Below, piece after piece: positions 63,270-64,000 of a stretch of DNA of 64,000 nt. Within the stretch, counting starts at the first letter, position 1, and every line of letters starts with the position of its first letter. A program made the translations under genes and the position numbers. Where the stretch lies: the NCBI GenBank assembly GCA_965237525.1, contig CBDEFO010000006.1, positions 96,001 through 160,000 on the forward strand, written 5' to 3'. The DNA is from Candidatus Latescibacterota bacterium (GTDB taxonomy: Bacteria; Latescibacterota; CBDEFO01). A model generated the notes under the pieces. It was given only the letters and a program-made list of their open reading frames with translations, had not been told where the DNA came from and made no database searches.

Positions 63270-64000
63270 ATGCTCAAGATGCGATTATTCATAAGCTTCT
63301 GGTTGTTAGTGGCTTTGAATACGGCCGCCTATGCACAAGCCCTTTTTGGACCTCCGACTCACTATCCCACTGGTTTCTCCTTGTCAGTATTCAGTGTGGA
63401 TTTAGATGGGGACGGTGATAATGACTTAGCTGTGATTCACGACAGTTATGTGTCAGTGTTGTTGAATAATGGAAATGGGACATTTGCACCTAAAGTGGAT
63501 TATCTCACTGGAGATCCACCTGGAGAGGGACCTAGCTCAGTATTCAGTGTGGATTTAGATGGAGATGGGGATAATGATTTAGCTGTGGCTAATGAGACCG
63601 GCAATAATGTGTCAGTGTTGTTGAACAATGGAGATGGGACATTTGCACCCAAGGTGGGCTATATTGCTGGGAGTCGTCCCCGTTCAGTATTCAGTGTGGA
63701 TTTAGATGGAGATGGGGATAATGATTTAGCTGCGGCTAATATGGGAGATCCGCCCGAATGGATCGGTAGTGTATCAGTGTTGTTGAATAATGGAAATGGT
63801 ATATTTGTATCTAAGGTGGATTATGCCGTTGGGGATGGTCCCCGTTCAGTATTCAGTATGGATTTAGATGGAGATGGGGATAATGATTTAGCTGCGGCTA
63901 ATATGGGAGATCCGCCCGAATGGATCGGTAGTGTATCAGTGTTGTTGAATAATGGAAATGGTATATTTGTATCTAAGGTGGATTATGCCGTTGGGGATGG
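63270..64000 (+). CDS. Secreted FG-GAP repeat protein, partial; paralog of 7740-9062
   Basis: GGAGG RBS; manual translation MLKMRLFISFWLLVALNTAAYAQALFGPPTHYPTG...DLDGDGDNDLA repeats; runs off the window. Confidence 0.88.
   Translation, partial: MLKMRLFISFWLLVALNTAAYAQALFGPPTHYPTGFSLSVFSVDLDGDGDNDLAVIHDSYVSVLLNNGNGTFAPKVDYLTGDPPGEGPSSVFSVDLDGDGDNDLAVANETGNNVSVLLNNGDGTFAPKVGYIAGSRPRSVFSVDLDGDGDNDLAAANMGDPPEWIGSVSVLLNNGNGIFVSKVDYAVGDGPRSVFSMDLDGDGDNDLAAANMGDPPEWIGSVSVLLNNGNGIFVSKVDYAVGD

Overview
Bacterial chromosomal window. Gene order and the secreted-protein types (FG-GAP proteins with dockerin-like tails, an FlgD/T9SS-like C-terminal domain, LpxH) suggest an FCB-related diderm such as Latescibacterota; that assignment is inference. 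Two intact housekeeping blocks are present: yggS-yggT-divIVA-yggU-punA-ileS-dksA-lspA-rluD (9.2-18.6 kb) and ispE-tRNA-Gln-rplY-pth-hppA-rpsF-rpsR-rplI (54.6-60.4 kb). The accessory DNA between and around them is decaying. It holds three IS elements (IS481-like, IS1182, IS3), a foreign catabolic/BNR island (18.7-34.4 kb) with three copies of a ~180-bp promoter module, a degraded integron (IntI C-terminal remnant followed by co-oriented cassettes with attC-like sites, 35.9-40.9 kb), and an integrase-less Rep(HTH-DnaA_N)/MerR/Xis module beside ssb. The most striking pattern is a set of short palindromic repeat families, above all a 21-bp CCCCGATAGAYTCAATCGGGG element. They fill intergenic DNA and also sit in frame inside proteins (LpxH, a TPR/ASPIC-UnbV protein, probably IleRS, YggS and YggU), and one copy puts a stop codon into a PIN toxin gene.
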